From the NCBI GenBank assembly GCA_036647935.1, contig JAVXJG010000002.1, forward strand, positions 21,308 to 85,307: a stretch of DNA of 64,000 bases, in the 5' to 3' direction. A model generated the notes under the pieces. That model was not told the DNA's origin and searched no databases. It worked only from the letters and a program-made list of their open reading frames with translations. The DNA is from Peptostreptococcaceae bacterium (GTDB lineage: Bacteria > Bacillota > Clostridia > Peptostreptococcales > Peptostreptococcaceae). The translations under genes were made by a program, and so were the position numbers. Below are positions 37,555 to 48,179 of this stretch, piece by piece (the first letter of the stretch is position 1; each line of letters starts with the position of its first letter).

Positions 37555-37742
37555 CCTTGGAATATCTATTTTAAATGTTTTTGTAAAAATTTGCAAGAAA
37601 TTTTTCTGAAAACATCTAAAATAATTTCTAAAAGTACATAAAGATATTCACTTACCTTAAATATACTAAATTATAGAAATTATAAACAGATATAGGGTAT
37701 ATCCATATACTGAATATAAAATATAATAAAGGAGGTAAGAAA

Positions 37743-37903
37743 ATGAGTTATAAGCTAAAAGAAAATTTAATGGAAAACACTCCACATCTGTTCGAAAAAA
37801 TATAGGTCAACAATATAATGAAGCTAAATATATATTAAAAAAATCAGGGTTTATATTATTCTTTCAAGAAGATAAAAAAATAGACCCAAATTTATTGATT
37901 TAG
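37743..37903 (+). pseudogene. small ORF split by a frameshift in an A6 run (or a genuine 20-aa mini-ORF)
   Basis: Very strong RBS AAAGGAGG 7 nt upstream of ATG 37743. The frame stops at TAG 37803 just after the A6 run (37795-37800). One extra A would give a 53-aa ORF ending at 37903. Confidence 0.4.
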
Positions 37904-37965
37904 CAAAAATAATAAACTTAGGTATAATACATACTATTACAAAAATACCGATGGATTCAAAATAT

Positions 37966-38610
37966 TTATTCCATTAATATTTTATTTAACCCATCTAAAT
38001 CTAAAATCTTAATAAAATCTTTAGAGTAATCAATAAGTTCGATTTCTTTCATATTTATAAGTTCTCTAGATAAAGATGGTCTAGGAACACCTATAGATTC
38101 AGCTAATTTTTGTTTTGTCATATTTAACCTAATAAACATACTATCTTGTGATTTATGTTCATTAATTAAAAAGTTACTTACCTTTTGTCTTATACTACCT
38201 AGCGATAAACCTGTTATAGACTTGTTTAAGTTTATAATTTTGTTAGTAAGTTCATTTAAAAACATTTCTAAAAATATAGGGTATTTAGTACAAAAATCTA
38301 TAAAATCAGTCTTACCTATAAACATGATTGTGCTAGGGGTAGTAGATATTACCGTTGCAGGATATTTAGTAGCATTAGAAAAAGCTATAACTTCACCAAA
38401 TAAATTTCCTCTAGTAAAAGATGATAAGTGTATAACATTATTGCTAGTTAATATTCTTTTTATATCAACATGTCCATCCAAAACTAGTCCTACTTTTGTA
38501 CAAGGAGAATCCTCTAAAGCTATAATATCATTTTTATTGTATTTTATTATATTATAATTTGTATCCTTAAAAAAATCTAAAATTTCTTCTATTGTTTTTG
38601 ATTTAAACAT
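37966..38610 (-). CDS. Crp/Fnr family transcriptional regulator
   Basis: 214 aa. N-terminal cNMP-binding beta-barrel (GNLFGEVIAF) and a C-terminal HTH (TKQKLAESIGVPRPSLSRELINM). Confidence 0.85.
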   Translation of the reverse strand: MFKSKTIEEILDFFKDTNYNIIKYNKNDIIALEDSPCTKVGLVLDGHVDIKRILTSNNVIHLSSFTRGNLFGEVIAFSNATKYPATVISTTPSTIMFIGKTDFIDFCTKYPIFLEMFLNELTNKIINLNKSITGLSLGSIRQKVSNFLINEHKSQDSMFIRLNMTKQKLAESIGVPRPSLSRELINMKEIELIDYSKDFIKILDLDGLNKILME

Positions 38611-38830
38611 TTATTCACCAAGCCTTAAAAAAATTATATGTAAATAATATACCCAAATTATAATGGCATAATATGAAAAAGTGGATATAAGTTTACAATG
38701 ATTAATATTCATTTTATATTAAAATAATTATATACTACAAAAAAAATATATAGTATAATATAGCATATAAAAGTAGCTAAGTGTGATATAATATGTAGTT
38801 ATATTACTTTAAAATAAGGAGGTTGGATAT

Positions 38831-40237
38831 ATGAGTAAAGAAAAAAATACTGATCTAGGTAGTGGAAGTGTTGGTAAATTACTTTTTAAATTAGCAGCAC
38901 CGGCAATAATAGCTCAGTTAGTAAATGTATTATATAACATAGTTGATAGAATTTTCATTGGTCGAATGGAAAATGGCGGGATGGCTATGGCAGGTGTAGG
39001 AGTAGCATTTCCTATAATATTAATAATATCTGCATTTAGTGCCTTAGTGGGTATGGGTGGTGCACCTTTAGCTGCTATAAAAATGGGAGAAAATGATAAT
39101 GATGGAGCAGAGAAAATAATGAGTAATAGTTTCTCTGTATTAATGATATTAGCAGTAGTTTTAACTGGAGGTTTTTTAATATTTAAAGAACCTGTATTAT
39201 GGGCATTTGGAGCGAGTCAAGAAACTATCGGATATGCACTTGAATACTTAAGCGTATACTTAATAGGGACAGTATTTGTTCAGATAGCATTAGGTATGAA
39301 TCCGTATATAAATACTCAAGGCTTTGCCAAAGTTGGTATGATGACAGTTGCAATAGGGGCTATAATTAATATAGTATTAGACCCGATTCTTATATTTGGA
39401 CTTAATATGGGAGTAAAAGGGGCTGCACTAGCAACTATAACAGCACAAGCAGTTTCTGCAATATGGGTACTTCGTTTCTTATTTGGGAAGAAGAGTGTTC
39501 TTAAGATAAAAAAGAAGTATTTAAAGCCTGATATAAAGATAGTTCTTCCAATATTAGCACTTGGAGTAGCTCCATTTATAATGCAAGCTACTGAAAGTTT
39601 AGTTTTAGTATCTTTAAACAGTCAATTACAAAAATATGGTGGGGATATAGCGGTTGGTTCTATGACTATAATGAGTAGTATAATGCAAATGATATTACTA
39701 CCTAATACAGGATTAACTCAAGGGGCTCAACCTATAATAAGTTATAATTATGGTGCTAAAAATATGGATAGAGTTAAGAAAACATTCAAATTAACTCTAG
39801 GATTAGCTTGTTCGTATACTTTATTAATGTGGGCACTTCTTATGACTGTACCACATGTATTTGTAAGCGTATTTAACAATAATGATCCAGCTATAATGGC
39901 AGCAACAACTGAAGCAATAAAGATATACTTTGCAGGGATGATATTATTTGGGGCTCAGATGGCTTGTCAGCAAACCTTCTTAGCACTTGGTCAAGCAAAA
40001 ATATCTTTAGTATTAGCATTACTTAGAAAAGTTATATTATTAGTACCATTAATATTTATATTACCAATGTTAATGAAAACTAATCAATTAAATGCAGTAT
40101 TATTAGCAGAACCTATAGCGGATATACTTGCAGTTATAACAACGATAACTTGCTTTACTATTTTCTATAAAAAGACTTTAGCTAATGTAGGGAATGAAGA
40201 TAAATCGATAAAGGTAGAAACTATAAGAAGTAATTAA
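38831..40237 (+). CDS. MATE family efflux transporter
   Basis: 468 aa, 12 TM helices. The N-terminus LLFKLAAPAIIAQLVNVLYNIVDRIFIG is typical of MATE. RBS AAGGAGG. Confidence 0.9.
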   Translation: MSKEKNTDLGSGSVGKLLFKLAAPAIIAQLVNVLYNIVDRIFIGRMENGGMAMAGVGVAFPIILIISAFSALVGMGGAPLAAIKMGENDNDGAEKIMSNSFSVLMILAVVLTGGFLIFKEPVLWAFGASQETIGYALEYLSVYLIGTVFVQIALGMNPYINTQGFAKVGMMTVAIGAIINIVLDPILIFGLNMGVKGAALATITAQAVSAIWVLRFLFGKKSVLKIKKKYLKPDIKIVLPILALGVAPFIMQATESLVLVSLNSQLQKYGGDIAVGSMTIMSSIMQMILLPNTGLTQGAQPIISYNYGAKNMDRVKKTFKLTLGLACSYTLLMWALLMTVPHVFVSVFNNNDPAIMAATTEAIKIYFAGMILFGAQMACQQTFLALGQAKISLVLALLRKVILLVPLIFILPMLMKTNQLNAVLLAEPIADILAVITTITCFTIFYKKTLANVGNEDKSIKVETIRSN

Positions 40238-40252
40238 TAAAGAGAATTTAAA

Positions 40253-40294
40253 AAATGTGCAGATAATCTATAATGATTTTCTGTACATTTTTTT
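40253..40294 (+). terminator. rho-independent terminator
   Basis: AAATGTGCAGA-N16-TCTGTACATTT followed by a T run. Confidence 0.7.
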
Positions 40295-40443
40295 AAATTA
40301 TATGAAAAGTAAACTTATGGTTTGAGTTGATATAAATTTCACTCTAAAGTGAATAATATAAAATAATGAAGTAGGAATATTGGCATATGATGGTATAGTA
40401 AAACTAGACTCTATAAAAATAGAAAAACCTGTAAAAGTAGTGC

Positions 40444-40472
40444 TTTAGAGTATTAAATATTAATGGTATAAT
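40444..40472 (+). promoter_or_regulatory. candidate sigma-A promoter (extended -10)
   Basis: TTTAGA-17 nt (ending in TGG)-TATAAT. Confidence 0.45.
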
Positions 40473-40510
40473 AATCATATATATGATATTAAATGAAGGG
40501 ATGTAAAATA

Positions 40511-41776
40511 ATGACGAATAATTTATCAATGCAAGAGTTATTAGAACAACAAGAACAAGCCTTTAGTCAAGTAAAAGTAGGGGCTATAATAACAGGAAAA
40601 ATATCTAAAATAACTAACGAAAATGTTATATTAGAATTAAACTATGGATTTGATGGAATAGTACCTGTAAGTGAATTGAATATGGGGAAAAATCAAAATG
40701 CAAACGAAGTATATAATATAGGTGATGAAATAAGTGCAGTTATAACAAAGGTATCTCAAAAGGATGGAGTGGTAAGCTTATCTAAGTTACAAGCTGATAA
40801 GAGAGCTGATTTTTCTGAATTAGAAAAAGCTTTTAATGAACGTAGAATAATAACTGTAAATGTAGAAAAGAATATAGAAAGAGGTGCCTTTGCAAATTAT
40901 AAAGCATACTCATTATTTATACCTATATCTCAATTAGATACTAAATTTGTAACGGATACATCTTCATATGTAGGTAAAAATTTAGAAGTATATATTAAAG
41001 AATTAGACACTAAGAAAAATAGATTTGTAGCATCTCACAGAGATGTATTACAAGAGCGTTTAGACATAGAAAAAGCAGAAAGAAGAGAGCGTATAAAAGC
41101 AGAGAGAGAAGCAGAAAAAGTACGTGTAAAGGCCGAAAGAGAAGCACAAAAAGCTCGTATAAAAGAAGAAAAACAAAATTTATTTGAATCTCTTGAAGCA
41201 GGTCAAAAAAGAGAGGGTAAAGTTACTAAGATAATGCCTTATGGAGCATTTGTTGATATCGGTGGATTAGAAGGGCTTGTCCATTTAAACAACTTATCTT
41301 GGACAAGAGTTGAATCTGTAGAGTCTATCTTATCTGAAGGTGATGAAATAGAAGTTTATGTATTAGATGTAGACAAAGACACTAAAAAAATAGCATTAGC
41401 ATTAAAAGATATAAACAACGACCCATGGGATAAGATATCTAAAGAAATACAATTAGATGATATAATAACTGGAAAAGTTGTTAGAATAATAGAAAGAGGG
41501 GCTTTCGTTGAAATATCAGAAGGTGTAGAAGGTTATTTACCAATATCTGAATTAAGTGACGAAAGAGTTGTAAAGGTTACTAATGTTGTAAATGTTGGAG
41601 ATGAAGTTAAAGTTATGGTTATAAACTTCAAGCCAAAAGATAAGAGAATGTTATTATCAATAAAAGAAGCTGTTAGAGAGCCTGAAGAAGATATATCTGA
41701 ATTCTTAGAAGTAGAAGATTCATTAGGTACTCTTGGAGAGCTATTTAAGGAAAAATTTAAACATTTAGAAAAGTAA
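40511..41776 (+). CDS. S1 RNA-binding domain protein (four S1 repeats, ribosomal protein S1-like)
   Basis: Four S1 motifs (for example GKVTKIMPYGAFVDIGGLEGLVH and GKVVRIIERGAFVEISEGVEGYLP). ATG 40511 is preferred on RBS position. Confidence 0.85.
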   Translation: MTNNLSMQELLEQQEQAFSQVKVGAIITGKISKITNENVILELNYGFDGIVPVSELNMGKNQNANEVYNIGDEISAVITKVSQKDGVVSLSKLQADKRADFSELEKAFNERRIITVNVEKNIERGAFANYKAYSLFIPISQLDTKFVTDTSSYVGKNLEVYIKELDTKKNRFVASHRDVLQERLDIEKAERRERIKAEREAEKVRVKAEREAQKARIKEEKQNLFESLEAGQKREGKVTKIMPYGAFVDIGGLEGLVHLNNLSWTRVESVESILSEGDEIEVYVLDVDKDTKKIALALKDINNDPWDKISKEIQLDDIITGKVVRIIERGAFVEISEGVEGYLPISELSDERVVKVTNVVNVGDEVKVMVINFKPKDKRMLLSIKEAVREPEEDISEFLEVEDSLGTLGELFKEKFKHLEK

Positions 41777-41788
41777 TGATTTTTATGG

Positions 41789-41825
41789 GGGCCATATTTG
41801 CAATCTAGCAATATGGCTCTATTTG
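41789..41825 (+). terminator. probable terminator
   Basis: GGCCATATT-N11-AATATGGCT stem, but the T tract is poor. Confidence 0.45.
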
Positions 41826-41865
41826 GGTAATTTTAAAAATTAATCAATATAGGAGGACATAAAAT

Positions 41866-42582
41866 ATGAAAGCTATTATAGATTTACATACTCATACTAT
41901 TGTAAGTGGACATGCGTATAGTACAATAAAAGAAAATATAGAACTAGGAATAGAAGCAGGGTTAAAATATTTAGGTATGTCAGACCATGCGTGCACAATG
42001 CCTGGTGGACCTCATGAGTTTCATTTTCACAACCTTCATGTAACACCTAGAGAGGTTGATGGGCTTAAGGTACTTAGAGGAATAGAGGCGAACATAATTG
42101 ATTTTGATGGTAATATAGATGTAGAAGAAGATGTTTTAAAAAATCTTGATTATGCAATAGCAAGTCTACACCAACCATGTTTAAAATCAGGAACTAAAGA
42201 AGAACATACCAGAGCAATATTAAATATTATGGATAATCCTAAGGTGAAAATAATAGGACATTTAGATGATAGCAGATACCCGGTTGATTATGAAGCTGTA
42301 GTAAAGATGGCAAAAGAAAAAAATGTTCTTTTAGAGATAAACAACTCATCTTTAAAGCCAGATTCATTTAGACAAGGTGCAAGAGAAAACTATAATGTAA
42401 TGTTAGAGCTTTGTAAAAAGTATGGGACTAGAGTAGTTATGGGAAGTGATTCTCACATTTGCTATGATATAGGCAAGTTTAACAATGTAGAAGCTTTAAT
42501 AGATATTTTAAACTTCCCAAAAGAGCTAGTAATAAATTATCATGAAGAACAGATAATAGAATTTTTTAACATAAAATTCTAA
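41866..42582 (+). CDS. PHP-domain phosphatase (YcdX-like)
   Basis: IDLHTHTIVSGHAY N-terminus with further His/Asp metal ligands. 238 aa. Confidence 0.8.
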   Translation: MKAIIDLHTHTIVSGHAYSTIKENIELGIEAGLKYLGMSDHACTMPGGPHEFHFHNLHVTPREVDGLKVLRGIEANIIDFDGNIDVEEDVLKNLDYAIASLHQPCLKSGTKEEHTRAILNIMDNPKVKIIGHLDDSRYPVDYEAVVKMAKEKNVLLEINNSSLKPDSFRQGARENYNVMLELCKKYGTRVVMGSDSHICYDIGKFNNVEALIDILNFPKELVINYHEEQIIEFFNIKF

Positions 42583-42600
42583 ATCGGTATGTATTTAAAG

Positions 42601-42642
42601 TGTGTATCTTCACAAAAGTTGGTGAAGATACACATTGTTTTT
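42601..42642 (+). terminator. rho-independent terminator
   Basis: GTGTATCTTCAC-N8-GTGAAGATACAC followed by ATTGTTTTT. Confidence 0.85.
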
Positions 42643-42683
42643 GTCGTTATATAGATATTTATGGGAAAATAGTCATTATAAAA

Positions 42684-42713
42684 TTGGACACAATAGGTTA
42701 AAAATGATAAAAT
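42684..42713 (+). promoter_or_regulatory. candidate sigma-A promoter (extended -10)
   Basis: TTGGAC-18 nt (ending in TGA)-TAAAAT. Confidence 0.4.
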
Positions 42714-42773
42714 AGTTTCCACATTGATTAATTGGATATAATAAACTTAATGATAAAATAAGCAGGTGATATA

Positions 42774-44783
42774 ATGGAAAATAAATTTTTACCGATATGC
42801 AAACAAGATATGATAGATAGAGGATGGGATGAAGTTGACTTTGTATTAGTTACAGGAGATGCATATGTTGATCATCATAGTTTTGGAACAGCTATAATTT
42901 CTAGAGTATTAGAAAGTCAAGGATATAAAGTTGGTATAGTAGCACAGCCAGATTGGAAAACTACTGATGATTTTATGAAGCTAGGAAGACCAAGACTTGG
43001 TTTTTTAGTTAATGGTGGAAATATGGACTCTATGGTCAACCATTACTCAGTAAGCAAAAAAATGAGAGATAAAGATTTATACTCTCCAGGTGGAAAAATG
43101 GGATGCAGACCAGACAGAGCTACAATAGTTTATTGTAACAAAATAAGAGAAGCATACAAAGATATACCTATAGTAATAGGTGGAATAGAAGCTAGTTTAA
43201 GAAGATTTGCTCACTATGATTATTGGAGTGATAAAGTTAGAAAATCTATGTTAATAGATAGTGGAGCAGATTTATTAGTATATGGAATGAGTGAAAAGCA
43301 AATAGTTGAAGTTGCAAATGCACTAAATGATGGATATGACCCTAAATATATTAGACATATAAATGGAACATGTTATATGGCTGATAGCTTAGATGAAATA
43401 TATGAAGATTATATATTAGTGCCATCATATAAAGAAGTTTGTGATGATAAGATGAAATATCTAGAGTCATTTAAGGTTCAATATGATGAGCAAGACCCAT
43501 ATAGAGGAAAGGCGATAGTTGAACCTAATGGAAATAAATTTTTAGTTCAAAATAAACCAGAAAAGCCACTTAACAGAGTAGAATTAGATGAAGTATATGC
43601 ACTACCATATCAAAAGACTTATCACCCAATATACAAAAGTATGGGTGGAATACCGGCTATAGAAGAAGTTAAGTTTGGAATAGTAAGTTCTAGAGGATGC
43701 TTTGGAAGTTGTTCATTCTGTGCAATAACATTCCATCAAGGTAGAGCGGTACAAAGTAGAAGTCAAAATTCTATAATAGAGGAAGCAATAGGAATAACTA
43801 ATCTTCCGGATTTCAAAGGATATATACATGATGTAGGTGGGCCTACTGCAAACTTTAGGAAAGCAGCTTGTAAAAAGCAAGTAACAGTAGGTGCTTGTAA
43901 ACATAAACAATGTTTATCTCCTGCACCATGCAAAAACCTAGATGTAGACCATAGTGAATATTTACAGTTATTAAGAAAATTGAGATCACTTCCTAATATT
44001 AAAAAAGTATTTGTTCGTTCGGGAATAAGATACGATTATGTGATGGCAGATAAAGATAATAAGTTCCTTAGAGAACTTATAGAACACCATGTAAGTGGAC
44101 AATTAAAGGTTGCACCAGAACATGTTGCAGATGAAGTATTACAATATATGCAAAAACCAGCAGGTCAAACTTATGATAAGTTTAGACAAAAGTTCTTTGC
44201 TATAAATGAGCAATTAGGTAAAAAGCAATACTTAATACCATATTTAATGTCAAGTCATCCAGGTTCAACATTAAATAGTGCAATAGAATTAGCTGAATAT
44301 TTAAGGGATACAGGATATCAACCAGAGCAAGTACAAGATTTCTACCCAACACCAGGAACATTATCTACAACTATGTTCTACACAGGTATAGATCCACTTG
44401 GTATGAAGCCTGTATACATTCCTAAATCAAAAACTGAAAAAGCTATGCAAAGGGCATTACTTCAATTTAAAGCTCCAAGAAATTATGATTTAGTTCACAA
44501 TGCATTAGTTGGAGCAGGCAGAGAAGATTTAATAGGATATTCCCCAAGATGTCTAATAAAGCCTAAGGAAGATAGACCTTATGTAGGTAGATTCTCTGGA
44601 GGGAAGAAAAAAGGTAGTGGACAAGGTAGACCTAAAACTAGCAATGGCATAGAAGTCAGCTCTAAAGGTGATTTTGGAAGAGATACTGAAAAGAAAAGTG
44701 ATAGAAAGCCTAGTTCAGATAGAACTAGTTTTAAACCGAAAAGTAACAAAAACCCTAAACCTATAAAAAAGAAGAAAAGATAA
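42774..44783 (+). CDS. YgiQ family radical SAM protein (UPF0313)
   Basis: 669 aa. The N-terminus [34 protein letters not shown] is characteristic of YgiQ. It has a CxxxCxxC-type cluster ([10 protein letters not shown]) and a Lys-rich C-terminal tail. Confidence 0.9.
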   Translation: MENKFLPICKQDMIDRGWDEVDFVLVTGDAYVDHHSFGTAIISRVLESQGYKVGIVAQPDWKTTDDFMKLGRPRLGFLVNGGNMDSMVNHYSVSKKMRDKDLYSPGGKMGCRPDRATIVYCNKIREAYKDIPIVIGGIEASLRRFAHYDYWSDKVRKSMLIDSGADLLVYGMSEKQIVEVANALNDGYDPKYIRHINGTCYMADSLDEIYEDYILVPSYKEVCDDKMKYLESFKVQYDEQDPYRGKAIVEPNGNKFLVQNKPEKPLNRVELDEVYALPYQKTYHPIYKSMGGIPAIEEVKFGIVSSRGCFGSCSFCAITFHQGRAVQSRSQNSIIEEAIGITNLPDFKGYIHDVGGPTANFRKAACKKQVTVGACKHKQCLSPAPCKNLDVDHSEYLQLLRKLRSLPNIKKVFVRSGIRYDYVMADKDNKFLRELIEHHVSGQLKVAPEHVADEVLQYMQKPAGQTYDKFRQKFFAINEQLGKKQYLIPYLMSSHPGSTLNSAIELAEYLRDTGYQPEQVQDFYPTPGTLSTTMFYTGIDPLGMKPVYIPKSKTEKAMQRALLQFKAPRNYDLVHNALVGAGREDLIGYSPRCLIKPKEDRPYVGRFSGGKKKGSGQGRPKTSNGIEVSSKGDFGRDTEKKSDRKPSSDRTSFKPKSNKNPKPIKKKKR

Positions 44784-44796
44784 ATATAAAATAAAA

Positions 44797-44838
44797 AAAC
44801 TGCTATTCTGATATTTCAAATTAGAATAGTAGTTTTTT
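44797..44838 (+). terminator. rho-independent terminator
   Basis: AAACTGCTATTCT-N13-AGAATAGTAGTTT followed by a T run. Confidence 0.8.
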
Positions 44839-44854
44839 ATGTGGTCGACCTTTA

Positions 44855-44883
44855 TTGACAATTTACGAGTTTAGACGTATACT
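44855..44883 (+). promoter_or_regulatory. candidate sigma-A promoter of the ECF transporter operon
   Basis: TTGACA-17 nt-TATACT. Confidence 0.55.
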
Positions 44884-44946
44884 AAAATTTGTGTAAAATT
44901 CATAAGAATACAAATAATATATATAAAAATATAGAAAGGTACAAGT

Positions 44947-45504
44947 ATGAGAAATAATAAGTTTTCAATAAAAACTATAGTTGCTATAGGTATTGGAGCA
45001 GCAGTGTTTATGATATTAGGTAGATTTGGATCGATACCAAGTGGAATACCAAATACAAACATAGAAACTGCATATGCATATCTTGCACTGATGGCAATAT
45101 TATATGGACCAAAGGCCGGATTTTTAATTGGGTTTATAGGGCATGGATTAAAAGACTTGGTATTTTATGGAATGCCATGGTTTAGTTGGGTAATATCTTC
45201 GGCAGTGCTTGGTCTTATTATTGGTATAATCTATAAAAAGCTAAAAGTAGATCAAGGAGAATTTGGAAAAAAAGAAATTATTATATTTAATATAACTCAA
45301 ATTATAGCAAACGTAATTGCATGGTTTATAGTAGCACCAATTTTAGATATATATATATATGCAGAGCCAGCAAATAAGGTATTTTTACAAGGTGCAATCG
45401 GTGGAACTTCAAATATGATAACTATAGGAATACTAGGAACTTTAATATTAACAACTTACTCAAAAACTAAGATTAAGAGCGGAAGTTTAAGAGTAGAGGA
45501 TTAA
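44947..45504 (+). CDS. ECF transporter S component (UPF0397-like)
   Basis: 185 aa, about 6 TM helices, followed directly by a fused EcfA1A2 and an EcfT gene. Confidence 0.75.
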   Translation: MRNNKFSIKTIVAIGIGAAVFMILGRFGSIPSGIPNTNIETAYAYLALMAILYGPKAGFLIGFIGHGLKDLVFYGMPWFSWVISSAVLGLIIGIIYKKLKVDQGEFGKKEIIIFNITQIIANVIAWFIVAPILDIYIYAEPANKVFLQGAIGGTSNMITIGILGTLILTTYSKTKIKSGSLRVED

Positions 45505-45528
45505 GAATAATATTTATAAGGAGATAGC

Positions 45529-47229
45529 ATGAAAAAAAAGATAATAGAGTTTAAAGATTTTAGCTTTCAGTATAGAGTGCAAGCAGAAAAAACTCTTAAA
45601 AATATAAATATAACTATATATGAGGGAGAAAAAGTACTTATATTAGGACCATCGGGTTCAGGAAAAAGTACTTTAGCTCATTGTCTTAATGGATTAGTTC
45701 CATTTTATTATAGTGGAAATATGACAGGAAGCTTAAAGATAGATGGACAAGATGTAGCAGAGAAAAATATATTTGATTTATCAAAAATCGTAGGAACGGT
45801 ACTACAAGATCCTGATAGTCAATTTATAGGTCTTACAGTAGGTGAAGATATTGCATTTAAATTAGAAAACTACTGTGTAGAACAAAAGGAAATGATTGAG
45901 AAAGTAAATTCTTCAGCAAAGTTAGTTTATATAGATAATGAATTAGAAACATCACCATATAAGTTATCTGGTGGACAAAAGCAAAGAGTTGCTTTAGCTG
46001 GTGTTACAGTTGATAGAGTTGAAATTTTATTATTTGACGAGCCACTAGCAAGCTTAGACCCTGCAACTGGAAAGGGTGCAATAGAGCTTATAGATAATAT
46101 ACAAAAGAATACTAATAAAACTATATTAATAATTGAACATAGACTAGAAGATGTACTACATTGTGATTTAGATAGAATTATTGTAATGGATAAAGGACAG
46201 ATTGTAGCAGATACAACACCGCAACAATTATTATCTACAGATATATTAGAGGAGATTGGAATAAGAGAGCCTCTTTATATTTCTGCATTAAAATATGCGA
46301 AATGTGAAATATCTGAAAAGTTAAACCTTCATAACATAAATAATATAGATGGAAAAATTTACAAAAATAAGCTGAATATATGGGATACAAGTAAAAAAAT
46401 AAGTATACCAAATAAAGTAAGAGAACCTATATTAGAATTAGAAAATATAAGTTTTTCTTATAGTGAAGAAAAACAAATTTTAAAAGATGTTTCATTCAAA
46501 ATAAATAAAGGTGATATGGTTAGTATTGTGGGTAAAAATGGAGCAGGTAAGTCCACAATATCAAAACTTATATGTGGTTTTTATAAGCCAACATCAGGAA
46601 AAATCTTATTTGATGGTATAGATATGATAAATTATACTATCAAAGAAAGAGCACAAAAAATAGGATTTGTAATGCAAAATCCTAATCAAATGATATCTAA
46701 AACTATGGTATATGATGAAGTTGCTTTTGGACTTAATATAAGAGGCTTAGATGAAGCTGAGATAAAAGATAAGGTATATAAAGTACTAAAGATATGTGGT
46801 TTATATGGATACAGAAATTGGCATATATCAGCACTTAGTTTTGGACAGAAAAAAAGAGTTACAATAGCATCTATACTTGCTTTAAATCCAGAAATATTAA
46901 TATTAGATGAACCAACAGCAGGACAGGATTTTAAGCATTATTCAGAAATAATGGAATTTTTATTAGAACTTAATAATAATGGTGTAACTATAATAATGAT
47001 TACTCATGACATGCATCTAATGTTAGAATATACAAATAATGTTATAGTTCTATCTGATGGGGAAAAAGTAGCTGATGATAATGCTATAAATATATTAACA
47101 AATAAAGATGTAATTAAAAGTGCTAATTTAAAAGAAACATCTTTATATGAATTAGCTGTAAAATGTGAAATAGATAAACCTAAAGAGTTTATACAAAAAT
47201 TTATAGACTATGATAGGAGGAAAAGATAA
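45529..47229 (+). CDS. ECF transporter fused ATPase (two ABC domains, EcfA1-A2/YkoD-like)
   Basis: Two Walker A motifs (GPSGSGKST and GKNGAGKST), two signature motifs (LSGGQKQR and LSFGQKKR) and two Walker B motifs. Confidence 0.9.
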   Translation: MKKKIIEFKDFSFQYRVQAEKTLKNINITIYEGEKVLILGPSGSGKSTLAHCLNGLVPFYYSGNMTGSLKIDGQDVAEKNIFDLSKIVGTVLQDPDSQFIGLTVGEDIAFKLENYCVEQKEMIEKVNSSAKLVYIDNELETSPYKLSGGQKQRVALAGVTVDRVEILLFDEPLASLDPATGKGAIELIDNIQKNTNKTILIIEHRLEDVLHCDLDRIIVMDKGQIVADTTPQQLLSTDILEEIGIREPLYISALKYAKCEISEKLNLHNINNIDGKIYKNKLNIWDTSKKISIPNKVREPILELENISFSYSEEKQILKDVSFKINKGDMVSIVGKNGAGKSTISKLICGFYKPTSGKILFDGIDMINYTIKERAQKIGFVMQNPNQMISKTMVYDEVAFGLNIRGLDEAEIKDKVYKVLKICGLYGYRNWHISALSFGQKKRVTIASILALNPEILILDEPTAGQDFKHYSEIMEFLLELNNNGVTIIMITHDMHLMLEYTNNVIVLSDGEKVADDNAINILTNKDVIKSANLKETSLYELAVKCEIDKPKEFIQKFIDYDRRKR

Positions 47230-47231
47230 AT

Positions 47232-48092
47232 ATGAACACAGAAATGCTATCATATATAAAAAAGGATTCTCCTATCCATAGATTAACAGGAGCTACAAAG
47301 TTAATATGTTTTTTATTGTGGACAGTAGCAGCTATGATAACTTATGATACTAGAGTTTTATTAGGTCTATTTATACTTGGTATTTTTGCATTTAAAGTAT
47401 CTAAAATAAAGTTTAAAGAAGTATCTTTTGTACTTTACTTTATATTATTTTTCTTAATATTAAATGCACTATTGATATTTATATTTTCACCAGAACAAGG
47501 TGTAGAAATATATGGAACTAGAACGGAATTATTCCATATAGTGGATCCTTATAGCGTTACTTTAGAGCAATTATTTTATGAATTAAATGTAGTACTTAAA
47601 TATTTTGCAACTATACCTATAGCACTATTATTTATATTAACTACTGATCCAAGTGAATTTGCAGCATCATTAAATAAGCTAGGGATAAGCTACAAAGCAG
47701 CATATACAGTATCTATAGCACTTAGATATATACCAGACGTACAAAGGGATTATAAGGATATAGCATTTGCTCAACAAGCAAGAGGTATAGATTTATCTAA
47801 AAAGGAAAAGCTAGGTAAGAGAATTAAAAACTCAGCATCAATATTAATACCTTTAATATTTTCTAGTTTAGAAAGAATAGATAAGATAAGTTTAGCTATG
47901 GAGTTAAGAGCGTTTGGGAACAATAAAAAACGTGCTTGGTATAATAGCAAAAGGTTCGAAAAAAGAGATTATATAAGTATAGCTATAATGATGGCTGTAA
48001 TAGCTATATCTATAGTTATGGTTAATATAAATGGTTCGAGATTCTATAATCCATTTATAGAAATTGTTGGGCTAATAAATATAGCTATGTAA
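47232..48092 (+). CDS. ECF transporter T component (CbiQ/EcfT family)
   Basis: 286 aa polytopic protein. It has a conserved ARG-type coupling helix region (AFAQQARGIDL) and the expected operon position. Confidence 0.85.
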   Translation: MNTEMLSYIKKDSPIHRLTGATKLICFLLWTVAAMITYDTRVLLGLFILGIFAFKVSKIKFKEVSFVLYFILFFLILNALLIFIFSPEQGVEIYGTRTELFHIVDPYSVTLEQLFYELNVVLKYFATIPIALLFILTTDPSEFAASLNKLGISYKAAYTVSIALRYIPDVQRDYKDIAFAQQARGIDLSKKEKLGKRIKNSASILIPLIFSSLERIDKISLAMELRAFGNNKKRAWYNSKRFEKRDYISIAIMMAVIAISIVMVNINGSRFYNPFIEIVGLINIAM

Positions 48093-48118
48093 AGTATTAA
48101 ATTTATAGGATAGACAGA

Positions 48119-48150
48119 ACCTACATGTTATAAACTCATGTAGGTTTTTA
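48119..48150 (+). terminator. rho-independent terminator
   Basis: AACCTACATG-N8-CATGTAGGTT followed by TTT. Confidence 0.8.
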
Positions 48151-48179
48151 TATATATTAAAAAAACAAGGAGAGATATT

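Noticed and set aside
38611-38830. A Crp/Fnr-type box (TTGAT-N4-ATCAA or TGTGA-N6-TCACA) in the divergent crp/MATE intergenic region. There is also a loose resemblance between ATATAGTATAATATAGC here and the PadR operator region.
   Set aside because: Only half-site-like fragments such as TGTGATATAAT are present, with no matching second half. The resemblance to the PadR dyads breaks down in spacing and is compatible with chance in AT-rich DNA.
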